Below are positions 1 through 10,021 of a DNA stretch of 64,000 nt, one piece after another. The stretch covers positions 6,912,001 to 6,976,000 of the forward strand of contig CBDDPY010000002.1 in the NCBI GenBank assembly GCA_965232515.1, read 5' to 3'. The number at the start of each line of letters is the position of its first letter. Position 1 is the stretch's first letter. Origin of the DNA: Alphaproteobacteria bacterium. GTDB taxonomy: Bacteria > Pseudomonadota > Alphaproteobacteria > GCA-2731375. A program made the translations under genes and the position numbers. Under the pieces are notes generated by a model. That model searched no databases. It saw only the letters and a program-made list of their open reading frames with translations, and was not told the DNA's origin.

Positions 1-367
1 CGATGGTCGCGCACATCGGCTCTATTGCCGTCAGCACCTCCCATAACTGCTCGAACGTCGTCTCCTGCAGCAGGAAGGCTGTCTTTAGGCGCGCGCCGAT
101 GTCCTCGGCTCGCGGCATGGTTATCCGCAGTTTGTTTCGGCCCTCGGCACGGCGGATGATGCCGGCTTGCTCCAGCAGGCGGATGGCTTCGCGGATGGTC
201 GATCGGCCGACGCTGAACCGGCCGGCGAGGCTGGTTTCGCTCGGCAGCGTGCTGCCGACGGGCAGAGCGCCCGAGAGGACCTGTCGTTCAAGCTCCCGGG
301 CAATTGAACGGAAAGCAGGAAGCGACCGTGCGGCGGCTTCACCTTCGCCATTGAGAATGTCGTCCAC
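1..367 (-). CDS. GntR/FadR-family transcriptional regulator (partial, runs off left edge)
   Basis: Hand translation from GTG at 367: ...LPVGSTLPSETSLAGRFSVGRSTIREAIRLLEQAGII, a GntR wHTH. Not in the ORF track. Confidence 0.85.
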   Translation of the reverse strand, partial: MDDILNGEGEAAARSLPAFRSIARELERQVLSGALPVGSTLPSETSLAGRFSVGRSTIREAIRLLEQAGIIRRAEGRNKLRITMPRAEDIGARLKTAFLLQETTFEQLWEVLTAIEPMCATI

Positions 368-391
368 AATCGACCTCAGCAAGAGATGTTG

Positions 392-2035
392 TCAGGTCAA
401 GCCGGATTGCTTGGCGGAACGTTCGCGCAATTCGCTGCGGCGGATCTTTCCAGTCGGTGTCTTTGGAAGCGAGTCGATGAACTCGATCTCGCGAGGGTAC
501 TTATACGGCGCGGTTTGCGACTTGCAATGATCTTGCAGTTGCTGAGCAAGTGCCGGATCAGCCCCATAACCCTCCCTGACACGAACGTAGGCCTTGACAA
601 TCTCGCCACGCGCTCGATCGGGTTTGCCAACTACCGCGCATTCGGCGACGGCCCTATGCTCGAGCAACACATTCTCGATTTCCGTCGGGCCGATCCGGTA
701 TCCGGCCGAGTTGATGATGTCGTCGAGGCGGCCCCGATACCAGATATAGCCATCATCGTCGCGCACTCCACGATCGCCGGTAATGTACCAGCGGCCTTGG
801 GGACCGTCCCGGAAACAACCGGCGGTGCGGTCGGGCTCGCGCCAATAGCCGAGCATCAGTTGCGGATTGGGCGTCAACAGCGCGATGTCGCCCTCCTCGC
901 CATCTGTGACGGGCAGGCCTTGCGGATCGAGTATTGCCATGACGCTGCCCGGCGCGGGTCGACCCATCGAGCCGGGCTTCAGGGCTTCGCCGGGATAGTT
1001 CAGCACGATCATCAATGCTTCCGTCTGCCCGTAGGCTTCGAAAAGGGGCTTTCCGGTCGCCCCGCGCCAGCGGTCGACAATTGCCGGACCAACGGGCTCG
1101 CCCGCCGAAACGGTCCGTCGGAGGGCGCCGAGGTCGAACCCGGCAGTGTCCTCCCCGGCGATGCGGGCCAGTTCGGTCGCCGGCGCGCAATAAACGGTAA
1201 CACGATGGCGTTCAAGCAGACGAAGCCGCTCGCGCGGATCGAAGGGACCGTCATAAAAGAAGGCGCAGGCGCCGCGTGCCCACGGACCGAACAATATGCT
1301 CGTACCCGCCTTGCTCCAGCCCGTATCGGCGGTGCACCAGATCGTGTCGGTCGGATCAAGAGCCAACCAAAACGCGGCCGACACCCACCAGGAATAAAGG
1401 GCGCGTGAGGCGTGGAGAACCCCTTTGGGAGCGCCGGTCGAGCCCGATGTATAATACATGATCGCAGGGTCCTCGGACGCAACCTTCTCCGCCGCGAACC
1501 GTGCCGGCGCATCAGCGATCATTTCATCAAACTCGATCCATCCAGGCACCGCGCCGACACTGATCCGAACGGACAGATCGTTCGCCAGCGCCGCGAACTT
1601 GTGCGTCTGCTCGGCGCGGCAGATCACCGCCTTCGCGCCTGAATTGGCAACGCGATAGGCGAGATCCCTGGCCATCAGCATCTCGATGCAGGGAATGGGA
1701 ATGGCGCCGATCTTCAGCGTCGCCACCATGGCGATCTGCCATTCGGGAATTCTCGGCAACATGATAACGACAAAGTCACCTTTGCCGAGACCCTGTCTGC
1801 GTAGCGCCGCGCCGAGCCTGTCGGTGATCCGGGCGATGTCGGAAAACATGTATCGCCGTATCCCGCCGACCGCGCTTTCTGCGATCAGTGCAGGACCGTC
1901 TCGCTCGCTGGCCAAGTGATCGACCACGTCAACACCGAAATTGAAGTGATCAGGCACGGCCCAGTCGAAGCCGGCATGGAAACGTTCATATCCCTCACGC
2001 GCCAGGTCCGACGCCGGCTGTATATCGTCCGTCAT
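392..2035 (-). CDS. Acyl-CoA synthetase / AMP-binding enzyme (medium-chain type)
   Basis: YYTSGSTGAPKG, YGQTE, TGD and PKTPTGKIRR adenylation motifs; AGGAG RBS before ATG 2035. Confidence 0.9.
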   Translation of the reverse strand: MTDDIQPASDLAREGYERFHAGFDWAVPDHFNFGVDVVDHLASERDGPALIAESAVGGIRRYMFSDIARITDRLGAALRRQGLGKGDFVVIMLPRIPEWQIAMVATLKIGAIPIPCIEMLMARDLAYRVANSGAKAVICRAEQTHKFAALANDLSVRISVGAVPGWIEFDEMIADAPARFAAEKVASEDPAIMYYTSGSTGAPKGVLHASRALYSWWVSAAFWLALDPTDTIWCTADTGWSKAGTSILFGPWARGACAFFYDGPFDPRERLRLLERHRVTVYCAPATELARIAGEDTAGFDLGALRRTVSAGEPVGPAIVDRWRGATGKPLFEAYGQTEALMIVLNYPGEALKPGSMGRPAPGSVMAILDPQGLPVTDGEEGDIALLTPNPQLMLGYWREPDRTAGCFRDGPQGRWYITGDRGVRDDDGYIWYRGRLDDIINSAGYRIGPTEIENVLLEHRAVAECAVVGKPDRARGEIVKAYVRVREGYGADPALAQQLQDHCKSQTAPYKYPREIEFIDSLPKTPTGKIRRSELRERSAKQSGLT

Positions 2036-2058
2036 ATGGCTCCTACCGGGTGTGCGGG

Positions 2059-2835
2059 TCATCCGGCCATCCATCCTCCATCGATTCCTATGGTTTGACC
2101 GGTGACATATCGCGAGGCATCGCTGGCGAGATAGATCACCGCGCCAGTGATCTCGTCGACCTGCGCAAAACGCCGCATCGGCGTGCGTTGCAGCAGTCGC
2201 TCGCTGAGCATGGAGTGCTCGATCACACCATTGGTGAGGTCGGTCTCTACAAAGCCGGGCGCGACGGCATTTACGCGTACGCCTTTCGGTGCCCAGTCAA
2301 CCGCCATCGCGCGCGTCAAGAGTTCGACTCCACCCTTCGAGGCGCAGTAGGCCGCCGTCTTGGCAAGGCCGACGTTGCCGGCGATGGATGATATGTTGAC
2401 GATGCTGCCGCGGCCGGTGCGCAGCATCTGCCGGCCAAATTCACGGCTGGCGAGAAAGACGCCGGACAGGTTGACGGCAATGATCTCGTTCCACTCGGCC
2501 GTCGATGTGGTTTCGGGCGTCTTGTGGATCGGATTGATCCCCGCATTGTTGACAAGCACGTGGGCCGGGCCGAACCGTTCGCCGACTTGCGTGGCGAGAT
2601 GTATGACATCGCTCTCGATCGACATGTCGGTAACGACGGCCGATGCTTTACCGCCTTTGGCGATGATCTCCTGGCTCGCGGCGCTAAGCGTGTCGAGGGA
2701 GCGCCCGGCCACCACCACCATTGCGCCACATGCCGCCAGATCGGCGGCGATCCTCTTTCCGATGCCGCGCCCGCCACCGGTTACCACGCAGACGCGACCA
2801 GAGAGATCGAACATGTCAGCCGTCCCGGTCATCAC
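2059..2835 (-). CDS. Short-chain dehydrogenase/reductase
   Basis: TGGGRGIG, NNAG, YCASK motifs. Confidence 0.92.
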   Translation of the reverse strand: MMTGTADMFDLSGRVCVVTGGGRGIGKRIAADLAACGAMVVVAGRSLDTLSAASQEIIAKGGKASAVVTDMSIESDVIHLATQVGERFGPAHVLVNNAGINPIHKTPETTSTAEWNEIIAVNLSGVFLASREFGRQMLRTGRGSIVNISSIAGNVGLAKTAAYCASKGGVELLTRAMAVDWAPKGVRVNAVAPGFVETDLTNGVIEHSMLSERLLQRTPMRRFAQVDEITGAVIYLASDASRYVTGQTIGIDGGWMAG

Positions 2836-2901
2836 GGACGGCCTGCCGCACCTGGCGGATTTCGTGTCGCTGTGTCGTTATGCGGCATCCAGCACTCTCA
2901 A

Positions 2902-2916
2902 TGTTTGTCAGACAAA
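2902..2916. promoter_or_regulatory. Putative FadR-type operator TTTGTCAGACAAA
   Basis: Palindrome in a divergent intergenic region; the 13-mer TGTTTGTCAGACA recurs inverted at 7633-7645. Confidence 0.6.
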
Positions 2917-3128
2917 ATTTCTTGCTGAAGTGGCCGGCTGAGTCAAACGATTTGCGCTACCTTCGCACGCAGCCCCAAAAACCCGGGAGATTTGCGCCTT
3001 GATATCCGCCACTTGTCACGATAGAGTTTCAGATCAGGCGCCCATACAGAAAAACTGTCGGATAAAAATGAACGGCGATGAGTTGGGTGATCCATATTCC
3101 TGCACACATATCGGGGTCATGAGGCGGC

Positions 3129-3971
3129 ATGGATTCCTTTCTGGTTGAACCGCAATGGCTTGAGGAACGGATCGGCGATGGCGAAACGGCTGTCATCGAT
3201 TGTTCCTGGTACATTCCGGAAGCGGGAAAGAGCGGATATGAGGAGTTCATCGACGCTCATATCCCCGGAGCGCGCTTCTTCGATCTCGATAGGGCCTCCG
3301 ATCCGGCATCCACCTATGTCAACATGCTGCCGTCGCCCGAACGTTTCGCTGAAACGGTCTCGGCGCTGGGCATCGACAATCAGCAAATGGTCGTCGTCTA
3401 TGACTCGAGCTATGTGTCGGCACGGGTCTGGTGGATGTTCCGCATGTTTGGCCATGATCGCGTGCGTATTCTGAATGGCGGCTGGAAACGATGGCTCGCG
3501 GAAGGCCGCCCGGTCGAACGTGGTGATCCGGCGCCGGCGCCGCGCGCGCCGTTCAAGGCGACGGCACCGACCGGCGGTGTCGCAACATGGCGTGATGTCG
3601 TCGCGGCAATCGACACCGGTGAAGCCGTCGTTGTCGATGCGCGCACGCGGGAACGATTTACCGGAGAGCTGCCGTCGGGCTATCCGGGCGTGGCCGGCGG
3701 ACACATGCCTGGCGCGGTCAACATACCCTGGAGCACAATGCTGCCGCAGAGCGGCGACTTCACTTTCGTCGAGCCGGCTGTCGCAGAGACGGTTTTTCGG
3801 GACGCCGGTGTCGATATCGAGAAACCGATCGTCTCGACCTGCGGCTCGGGCGTAACGGCCGCCATTCTCGTGCTACAGCTCGCCCGGCTTGGAAAAACCG
3901 ATTGGACGCTCTACGACGGTTCCTGGCATGAATGGGGGCAGCGCGACGACTTGCCGAAGCAGTCGCTTTGA
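3129..3971 (+). CDS. sseA: 3-mercaptopyruvate sulfurtransferase (tandem rhodanese)
   Basis: HIPGARFFD, active-site CGSGVTA, LYDGSWHEW. Confidence 0.9.
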   Translation: MDSFLVEPQWLEERIGDGETAVIDCSWYIPEAGKSGYEEFIDAHIPGARFFDLDRASDPASTYVNMLPSPERFAETVSALGIDNQQMVVVYDSSYVSARVWWMFRMFGHDRVRILNGGWKRWLAEGRPVERGDPAPAPRAPFKATAPTGGVATWRDVVAAIDTGEAVVVDARTRERFTGELPSGYPGVAGGHMPGAVNIPWSTMLPQSGDFTFVEPAVAETVFRDAGVDIEKPIVSTCGSGVTAAILVLQLARLGKTDWTLYDGSWHEWGQRDDLPKQSL

Positions 3972-5149
3972 GCTCCGGATCGCGAATACCGAAGTCGGCC
4001 GGCAGCCTTCTGGTGTCGGCGGGCCGGCAGCACGACAGCAGCGCCACCGCGGTCAATCCGCCTATTCATCGCGCGTCCACCTTTTTGTTCAACACGCTCG
4101 ACAAGTTCGAGGCAGCGGGCCGAACACCGTTTGACGGACCCTTTTACGGACGCGTTGGAACGCCATCCATTTTCGCCTTCGAAGAGGCGATGGCCGAACT
4201 GGAAGGGGGGCATCGGACGATCGCGACCGCCTCCGGCCTGGCCGCCATATCGGCGACGCTTCTCGCCTTTATCGAGCAGGGCGATCATGTGCTCGTGGTC
4301 GACACGGTCTATGAGCCGGTTCGGCGGTTTTGCGCCCGGTTGCTGGCGCGGCTGGGCGTCACGATCACCTACTATCACCCTGAGATAGGCGCCGGCATCG
4401 AACAGTTGATCCAGCCACGGACGAAGCTGATCTATATGGAATCGCCGGGCTCCGGCACCTTCGAGGTGCAGGACGTGCCGCAGATCGTCGCCGTGGCGCG
4501 GGCAAAGGGCATCAGGACAGCGCTCGACAACAGCTGGGCCACGCCACTGTTTTTCAAGCCGATTGCGCACGGCGTGGATGTCTCGCTGCAATCGGCCACC
4601 AAGTACATTGTCGGCCATTCCGACGCCATGCTGGGCGCCGCCACGACCACGGCAGAAAGCTATGAGGCAGTGCGCCGGGCGACGCAGGACCTTGGCGCCT
4701 GCGCGGGCTCGGAGGAAGGCAATCTGGGCCTGCGCGGCCTGCGTACGCTGGAGGTTCGGCTTCGACACCAGGAAGCGTCGGCGCTCGAACTGGCGCAATG
4801 GCTCGAAACGCAGCCACAGATCAAGAGGGTGCTGCATCCGGCTTTGCCGTCATTTCCCGGTCATGAGGTGTGGCAGCGCGACTTTGAAGGATCATCTGGC
4901 CTGTTCGCCATCGAACTCGATGGAGACCAGCAGGCCGTGCGCGCCATGGTCGACGGGTTGGCGTTGTTCAAGATCGGATTCAGTTGGGGGGGCTATGAAA
5001 GCCTGGTCCTGCCTGTCAATCCAGGGAAGGCACGCATCGTCGCCAAGCACCCCGGCGCCGGCCCAATTCTGCGTTTGCATATCGGGCTGGAGACGATCGA
5101 CGATCTCAAGGCGGATCTGAGTCTTGGGCTTGCGAGACTGCGCACATAG
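3968..5149 (+). CDS. metC: Cystathionine beta-lyase (PLP C-S lyase)
   Basis: VNPPIHRASTFLF, YGRVGTP, SATKYIVGHSD, FSWGGYESL; TTG start overlaps the sseA stop. Confidence 0.88.
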   Translation: MSSGSRIPKSAGSLLVSAGRQHDSSATAVNPPIHRASTFLFNTLDKFEAAGRTPFDGPFYGRVGTPSIFAFEEAMAELEGGHRTIATASGLAAISATLLAFIEQGDHVLVVDTVYEPVRRFCARLLARLGVTITYYHPEIGAGIEQLIQPRTKLIYMESPGSGTFEVQDVPQIVAVARAKGIRTALDNSWATPLFFKPIAHGVDVSLQSATKYIVGHSDAMLGAATTTAESYEAVRRATQDLGACAGSEEGNLGLRGLRTLEVRLRHQEASALELAQWLETQPQIKRVLHPALPSFPGHEVWQRDFEGSSGLFAIELDGDQQAVRAMVDGLALFKIGFSWGGYESLVLPVNPGKARIVAKHPGAGPILRLHIGLETIDDLKADLSLGLARLRT

Positions 5150-5194
5150 TCTGTGCGAGACGGCCGCAGACCGTATCGGCCGGCGGAAAAGCGG

Positions 5195-6526
5195 TCAAAA
5201 GCCTATCGGCCAGTGATTGATCTTCGAACCGTCGATGAACCGGCTGTGACGGAAGGGCGTCGGATCGACTATCGGGTCTTCACCCGTTATCAGTTCACTT
5301 ATCAGTTGGCCGGCTGCGGGCGCGATGCCGAAGCCGTGGCCGGAATAGCCGGTGGATATGTAAAAGCCCGGGATCGTGTCCACCGCCGAGATGATGGGGA
5401 TGGCATCGGGCGTCACGTCGATCCAGGCGCTCATGCGCTCGTTGACGACAAGATCCTTGAACGCCGGAAACAGTGCTTTGATGTTGATGATCGCCTGATC
5501 GAGAATGGCGTGCGCCGGTTCGGGACGCAGGACGCGGATCTTTTCGAACGGACTGGGACGATCCAACTGCCAGCGTGTTCTGGCGAAGGTTTCCTGCAGG
5601 GAACGCTTGCCGATCCGAAACTTCATGGCGCGCCACTCGTTCTTCAGGGCCGGAACATAGTCGCACAGGTAACGAAGGCTGTCGGGAACGATATCGACCG
5701 GATGCGCCGAGCGCATGGAGATGTTGTAACCATCATCCAGCCGCTTGCGAAATCCGAACCCCTTGCCCGAGCCGCAGCCGGCCGGGCCGCCCGTGATCGG
5801 CCTGGTCCGCATTACCTGCGACAACAGCTTGAGCTGGGGAAGCTTGACACCCTGATTCCGCCCGAAAAGGGTTGACCATACGCCGCCGGCCAGGACCAGG
5901 TTGTCGCAGCGGATGCGGCCCTTTTCGGTGGCGACCTCGCTTACCCGGCCCCCTTGCGTCTCAAAGCCGCGAACGGCGCATCCCTCGACAACCCGCGCGC
6001 CTAGTCGCGCGGCGGCGCGCGCAATCGCCCGGCTTGCGATGTGCGGCTCGGCGAAGCCGTCGCTCGCCGTGTGCAGGCCGCCCGCCCAGCCTCGGGTCGC
6101 GCCCGGTGCGAACCTGCCGATCTCATTCGCGGCGACGTACCGGGTATCGAGATCGAAGCCTTCTACCGCCTTCATCCATCCGTCATATTTCGCCAAGTCC
6201 TTTTCTTCGTCGCAGAAATAGGTGATGCCGCAGACGCGAAAGCCGACATCGACGCCGATGGTCGAGGCATATTCGGCCCAGATCTGCTGGGCGCGGATCA
6301 TCAGCGGAATTTCGCGAGGATCGCGACCCATCTTGCGTACCCAGCCCCAATTGCGGCTCGATTGCTCCTCGCCGATGCTGCCCTTCTCGCAGAGGACGAC
6401 CGGGATATTTCTCTGGGATAGAGACAGCGCGGTGCACGCGCCGACGATGCCGCCACCGACGATAACGACTTGGGTCTCTGCCGGAACCACATCGAAGCCG
6501 TGATCGTGGACGGTTTGAATGTTCAT
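5195..6526 (-). CDS. FAD-dependent oxidoreductase, D-amino acid oxidase/DadA-like family
   Basis: GGGIVG, EQSSRNWGW, TPDAIP, GYSGHGFGIAP. Confidence 0.88.
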   Translation of the reverse strand: MNIQTVHDHGFDVVPAETQVVIVGGGIVGACTALSLSQRNIPVVLCEKGSIGEEQSSRNWGWVRKMGRDPREIPLMIRAQQIWAEYASTIGVDVGFRVCGITYFCDEEKDLAKYDGWMKAVEGFDLDTRYVAANEIGRFAPGATRGWAGGLHTASDGFAEPHIASRAIARAAARLGARVVEGCAVRGFETQGGRVSEVATEKGRIRCDNLVLAGGVWSTLFGRNQGVKLPQLKLLSQVMRTRPITGGPAGCGSGKGFGFRKRLDDGYNISMRSAHPVDIVPDSLRYLCDYVPALKNEWRAMKFRIGKRSLQETFARTRWQLDRPSPFEKIRVLRPEPAHAILDQAIINIKALFPAFKDLVVNERMSAWIDVTPDAIPIISAVDTIPGFYISTGYSGHGFGIAPAAGQLISELITGEDPIVDPTPFRHSRFIDGSKINHWPIGF

Positions 6527-6557
6527 CGCTCGTTTCCCGCTGATTGACGCGCCGGCG

Positions 6558-7505
6558 TCATGACGACTGGAGCTTGGAGTCGATCGCCGGCGTTTTCGCG
6601 TGCTTGCCGTCGGGCGTGAGCGAATGGGCGAAATGATCGACAACAAAATCGTGGAACGTAAGCGCCGCGTTCGAGAGGCTCTCCCTGTCAGCGATCAAGC
6701 CGAGGGAAACCGGTATCGCTGGCATGAACGGCCGATACTCCAGCAGCGGATTGCGCCACAGATGCGGTGAAAAAGGGCTAACGATCGAGAGGCCAAGGCC
6801 GGCGGCAACCAGATTGCACACGGCTTCGTGGGTCGTAGCCTCGATCATCATAACGCGGCTGACGTTTCGTTGCCCGAATAGCGTATCGATTTCAAAACGA
6901 AATGGCGTGCCGCGCGGAAAGCTGATGAAGGAATGGCCGGCAAGGTCGTCGGCACGAACAACGTCCCGGCTTTCAAGTTCGTGCCCCGCGGGAAACACAC
7001 ACAGAACCGGGCGACGGATCAGCTCCTGGACCGATACCGATGCGTTGGCGACCGGCAATGTCGCGAAACCGATGTCACTGCGCCGCGAGGCGACCCATTC
7101 CGCGACGCGATCCTGCGGCAGGCTGTCGAGCCTGACGGCGATGCCGGGATGCTGGAGGCGAAATCGGCCGATTATGTCGGGCAATAATCCGTTGGCGTAA
7201 AGGCCCATTGCCGCAATCGAAACCGATCCGGTGGTGAGGTTCTTGATTGCCTGAACCTGTTGGCCGAGTTCTTCAAGCCCGACAAACAGCCTGTCGACCT
7301 GTTCACACAAATGTCTGGCGTCGTCTGTGGGCTCGATGCCGTTACGCAGGCGACGAAACAGCTTGAAGCCGACGGCCTGCTGAAAATCCAGCATCAACCG
7401 ACTGACGGCTGGCTGGGAAATGCCGAGCAATTCGGCAGCCTTTGTCATGCTGCCAAGTGTGATGACCGCTCTGAACGCCTCAACTTGCCTGATATTGAGC
7501 TGCAT
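6558..7505 (-). CDS. LysR-family transcriptional regulator
   Basis: N-terminal HTH GSMTKAAELLGISQPAVSR; divergent from the Mo-enzyme operon. Confidence 0.93.
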   Translation of the reverse strand: MQLNIRQVEAFRAVITLGSMTKAAELLGISQPAVSRLMLDFQQAVGFKLFRRLRNGIEPTDDARHLCEQVDRLFVGLEELGQQVQAIKNLTTGSVSIAAMGLYANGLLPDIIGRFRLQHPGIAVRLDSLPQDRVAEWVASRRSDIGFATLPVANASVSVQELIRRPVLCVFPAGHELESRDVVRADDLAGHSFISFPRGTPFRFEIDTLFGQRNVSRVMMIEATTHEAVCNLVAAGLGLSIVSPFSPHLWRNPLLEYRPFMPAIPVSLGLIADRESLSNAALTFHDFVVDHFAHSLTPDGKHAKTPAIDSKLQSS

Positions 7506-7565
7506 GTCGGCTCCGACGCGCCGGGAGGATGGATGCGTCCCGTCCGCGTGGCGCGGGCAACGGGA

Positions 7566-7645
7566 CATGAATTTAAGTTATAGCATTTATATTTTTTTCT
7601 GACTAGTTGACGACATAAATATTATATCATAATGTCTGACAAACA
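7566..7645. promoter_or_regulatory. AT-rich divergent promoter region with LysR T-N11-A box (7568-7580) and FadR-like site (7633-7645)
   Basis: ATGAATTTAAGTTAT; TGTCTGACAAACA is the reverse complement of the 2902 site. Confidence 0.5.
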
Positions 7646-7705
7646 AGCTGGACCTTGAAAATTGCGCGACATCGGTACCCTCTTGTCGGCGCGGTCCCAA
7701 CCGCG

Positions 7706-10021
7706 ATGACCATGCAACGCTCGGCTTCGCATTGGGGCGCGTTCCGTGCCGAAGTTGCGGACGGGCAGATCAAAGCCGTCATGCCGTTCGAGCATGATCC
7801 GCGGCCAAGCCCTCTAAATTCGGTCTGGCCGGAGATGGTGACCTCGCCGATGCGGGTGGCCGCTCCCGCGGTGCGCCGCGGTTGGCTCGAGGGCGATGGC
7901 GGCGCCGGGCGCGGCGAGGACGACTTTTTCGAGATTGCATGGGACCGCGCGCTGGATATCGCCGCCGATGAGATTGGGCGTGTCCGGGAAACGTTCGGCA
8001 ATGAGGCGCTTTTCGCTGGTTCATATGGCTGGTCCAGCGCGGGACGTCTGCACCATGCGCGTACTTTGGTGCGCCGCTTCTTCAATTCGATCGGCGGGTT
8101 CACGGATCAGGTAACGAATTATAGCTACGGCGCGGCGATGGCCTTTCTCCCGCGCATTGTCGGCGCGCGAAGCGCGGTCGGCTCTCATCTGACATCGGCG
8201 CGCTCGATCCGCGATCATTGTGATGTGATGCTCGCGTTCGGTGGCCTCCCGGCAAAGAACTGGGAGGTCCAGTCAGGCGGATCGGGCGAACATCGCTATG
8301 GCCTGTTCATGACGGGACTGGCCGGCGGCACGGAACTCTTCAATGTCTCGCCCGTGAAGGCGGACATCGGCAACGACTATCCGAGCCGCTGGATTCCCAT
8401 ACGGCCCAACACCGATACCGCGTTGATGCTAGCGGTGATGCGAGTGCTTGACCGGGAAGGGGCGGTGGATCGGGCGTTCTTGGCGCGCTATTGCGTGGGC
8501 GCTGACATGCTGTGCGACTACCTGGCGGGAAAAACCGATGGGGTGGAAAAAACGCCGCAGTGGGCCAGTCGAATAACAGCCGTTTCGCCCGGGACAATCG
8601 AGGATCTGGCGTTTGGCTTGATCGGTAAGCGGGTTCTGTTGACCGCCAATTGGAGCCTTCAGCGCGCGCGTCATGGCGAGCAACCATATTGGGCGGCGGT
8701 CGCGCTGGCCGCGATGCTCGGTCAGATCGGCCTGCCTGGCGGCGGCTTTGCCTTTGGCTATGGCTCCTCGAACGGTATGGGCAATCCGCGCTTTGACACG
8801 CCGCTCTACAGTTTGCCCGTCGGCGACAATCCGACCGGCTCCGTGATTCCGGTCGCCCGGGTCGCCGATATGCTTCTCACGCCCGGCGGCACGCTTCAGT
8901 TCGATGGACATGCAATCACATATCCCGACATACGCCTTGTCTATTGGGCCGGCGGCAATCCGTTTCATCATCACCAGGATCTGAACCGGCTGCGTGAAGC
9001 TTTCCGCAAGCCGGAAGCTGTCATCGTCAATGAATGTTATTGGACGGCCACAGCTCGGCATGCCGACATCGTTTTCCCCGCTACGACCGCCCTTGAGCGC
9101 AACGATATCGGCGGGGCATCGCGCGATCCGTTCATTCTGGCCATGCACAAGCTGGTGGAGCCGGTAGGTCAGGCGCGTAACGACTATCAGATATTCGCAG
9201 CGCTTGCCGCGCGCCTTGGCGCGCATCAGGCGTTCACCGAAGGGCGGACCGAGGATCAATGGCTGGAGAAGGCGTGGCGGGAGATCTCGGCCCAACTGGC
9301 GGCGCGTGGGATCGTCGCGCCTCAACTGGAGCAATTCTGGGAACGTGGCTATGTCCGCGTTCCCGACCCTGAGGACGATTATGTCATGTTCGCCGATTTC
9401 CGAGCCGATCCGGATCGGCATCGGCTCGGCACGCCCTCCGGCAAGATTGAGCTGTTCAGCCAGCAAGTCGTCGAATTCACCAATGGCGCGCAGCCAGGGC
9501 ACCCAGTCTGGCTGGACCCGGAGGAATGGCTGGGCGCGAAAGCCGCTGATATCCATCCGATCCATTTGCTGACCCCACAGCCGGAACGCCGTTTGCACGC
9601 GCAAATGGACTGGAGCGCCCATAGCCGGTCCGGCAAGCGTCACGGGCGCGAAATTGTCAAAATGCACCGTGACGATGCACGGGCGCGCGGTATTGAAGAT
9701 GGCGACATCGTCCGCCTGTTCAACGACCGCGGAGCATGCCTGGCGGTCGCAGAGCTTGAAACGGCGATGATGCGCGGCGTCGCGCTATTGCCGACCGGAG
9801 CGACCTACGATCCCGAAGGCAATGCCGACCGCAACAGCAATCCAAACGTGCTCACCCGTGACATCGGCACGTCCGAACTCGGCCAAGGGTGCGCGGCGCA
9901 ATCCTGCCTGGTGGAGATTGAGCGGTTCGAGGGCAGTCTTCCCGAACTGCGGATTGAGCGTCCTCCGATAGTGCGTTCGCCGGACGACCTGCCGTACGAA
10001 TTTGCAAGGGCGCGCGCATGA
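7706..10021 (+). CDS. Molybdopterin (bis-MGD) S/N-oxide reductase, BisC/DorA family, cytoplasmic
   Basis: SHWG start, GSYGWSSAG, NYSYGAA (Ser ligand), WAGGNPFHHHQD, TPSGKIEL; no Tat leader and no Fe-S Cys motif. Confidence 0.9.
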   Translation: MTMQRSASHWGAFRAEVADGQIKAVMPFEHDPRPSPLNSVWPEMVTSPMRVAAPAVRRGWLEGDGGAGRGEDDFFEIAWDRALDIAADEIGRVRETFGNEALFAGSYGWSSAGRLHHARTLVRRFFNSIGGFTDQVTNYSYGAAMAFLPRIVGARSAVGSHLTSARSIRDHCDVMLAFGGLPAKNWEVQSGGSGEHRYGLFMTGLAGGTELFNVSPVKADIGNDYPSRWIPIRPNTDTALMLAVMRVLDREGAVDRAFLARYCVGADMLCDYLAGKTDGVEKTPQWASRITAVSPGTIEDLAFGLIGKRVLLTANWSLQRARHGEQPYWAAVALAAMLGQIGLPGGGFAFGYGSSNGMGNPRFDTPLYSLPVGDNPTGSVIPVARVADMLLTPGGTLQFDGHAITYPDIRLVYWAGGNPFHHHQDLNRLREAFRKPEAVIVNECYWTATARHADIVFPATTALERNDIGGASRDPFILAMHKLVEPVGQARNDYQIFAALAARLGAHQAFTEGRTEDQWLEKAWREISAQLAARGIVAPQLEQFWERGYVRVPDPEDDYVMFADFRADPDRHRLGTPSGKIELFSQQVVEFTNGAQPGHPVWLDPEEWLGAKAADIHPIHLLTPQPERRLHAQMDWSAHSRSGKRHGREIVKMHRDDARARGIEDGDIVRLFNDRGACLAVAELETAMMRGVALLPTGATYDPEGNADRNSNPNVLTRDIGTSELGQGCAAQSCLVEIERFEGSLPELRIERPPIVRSPDDLPYEFARARA

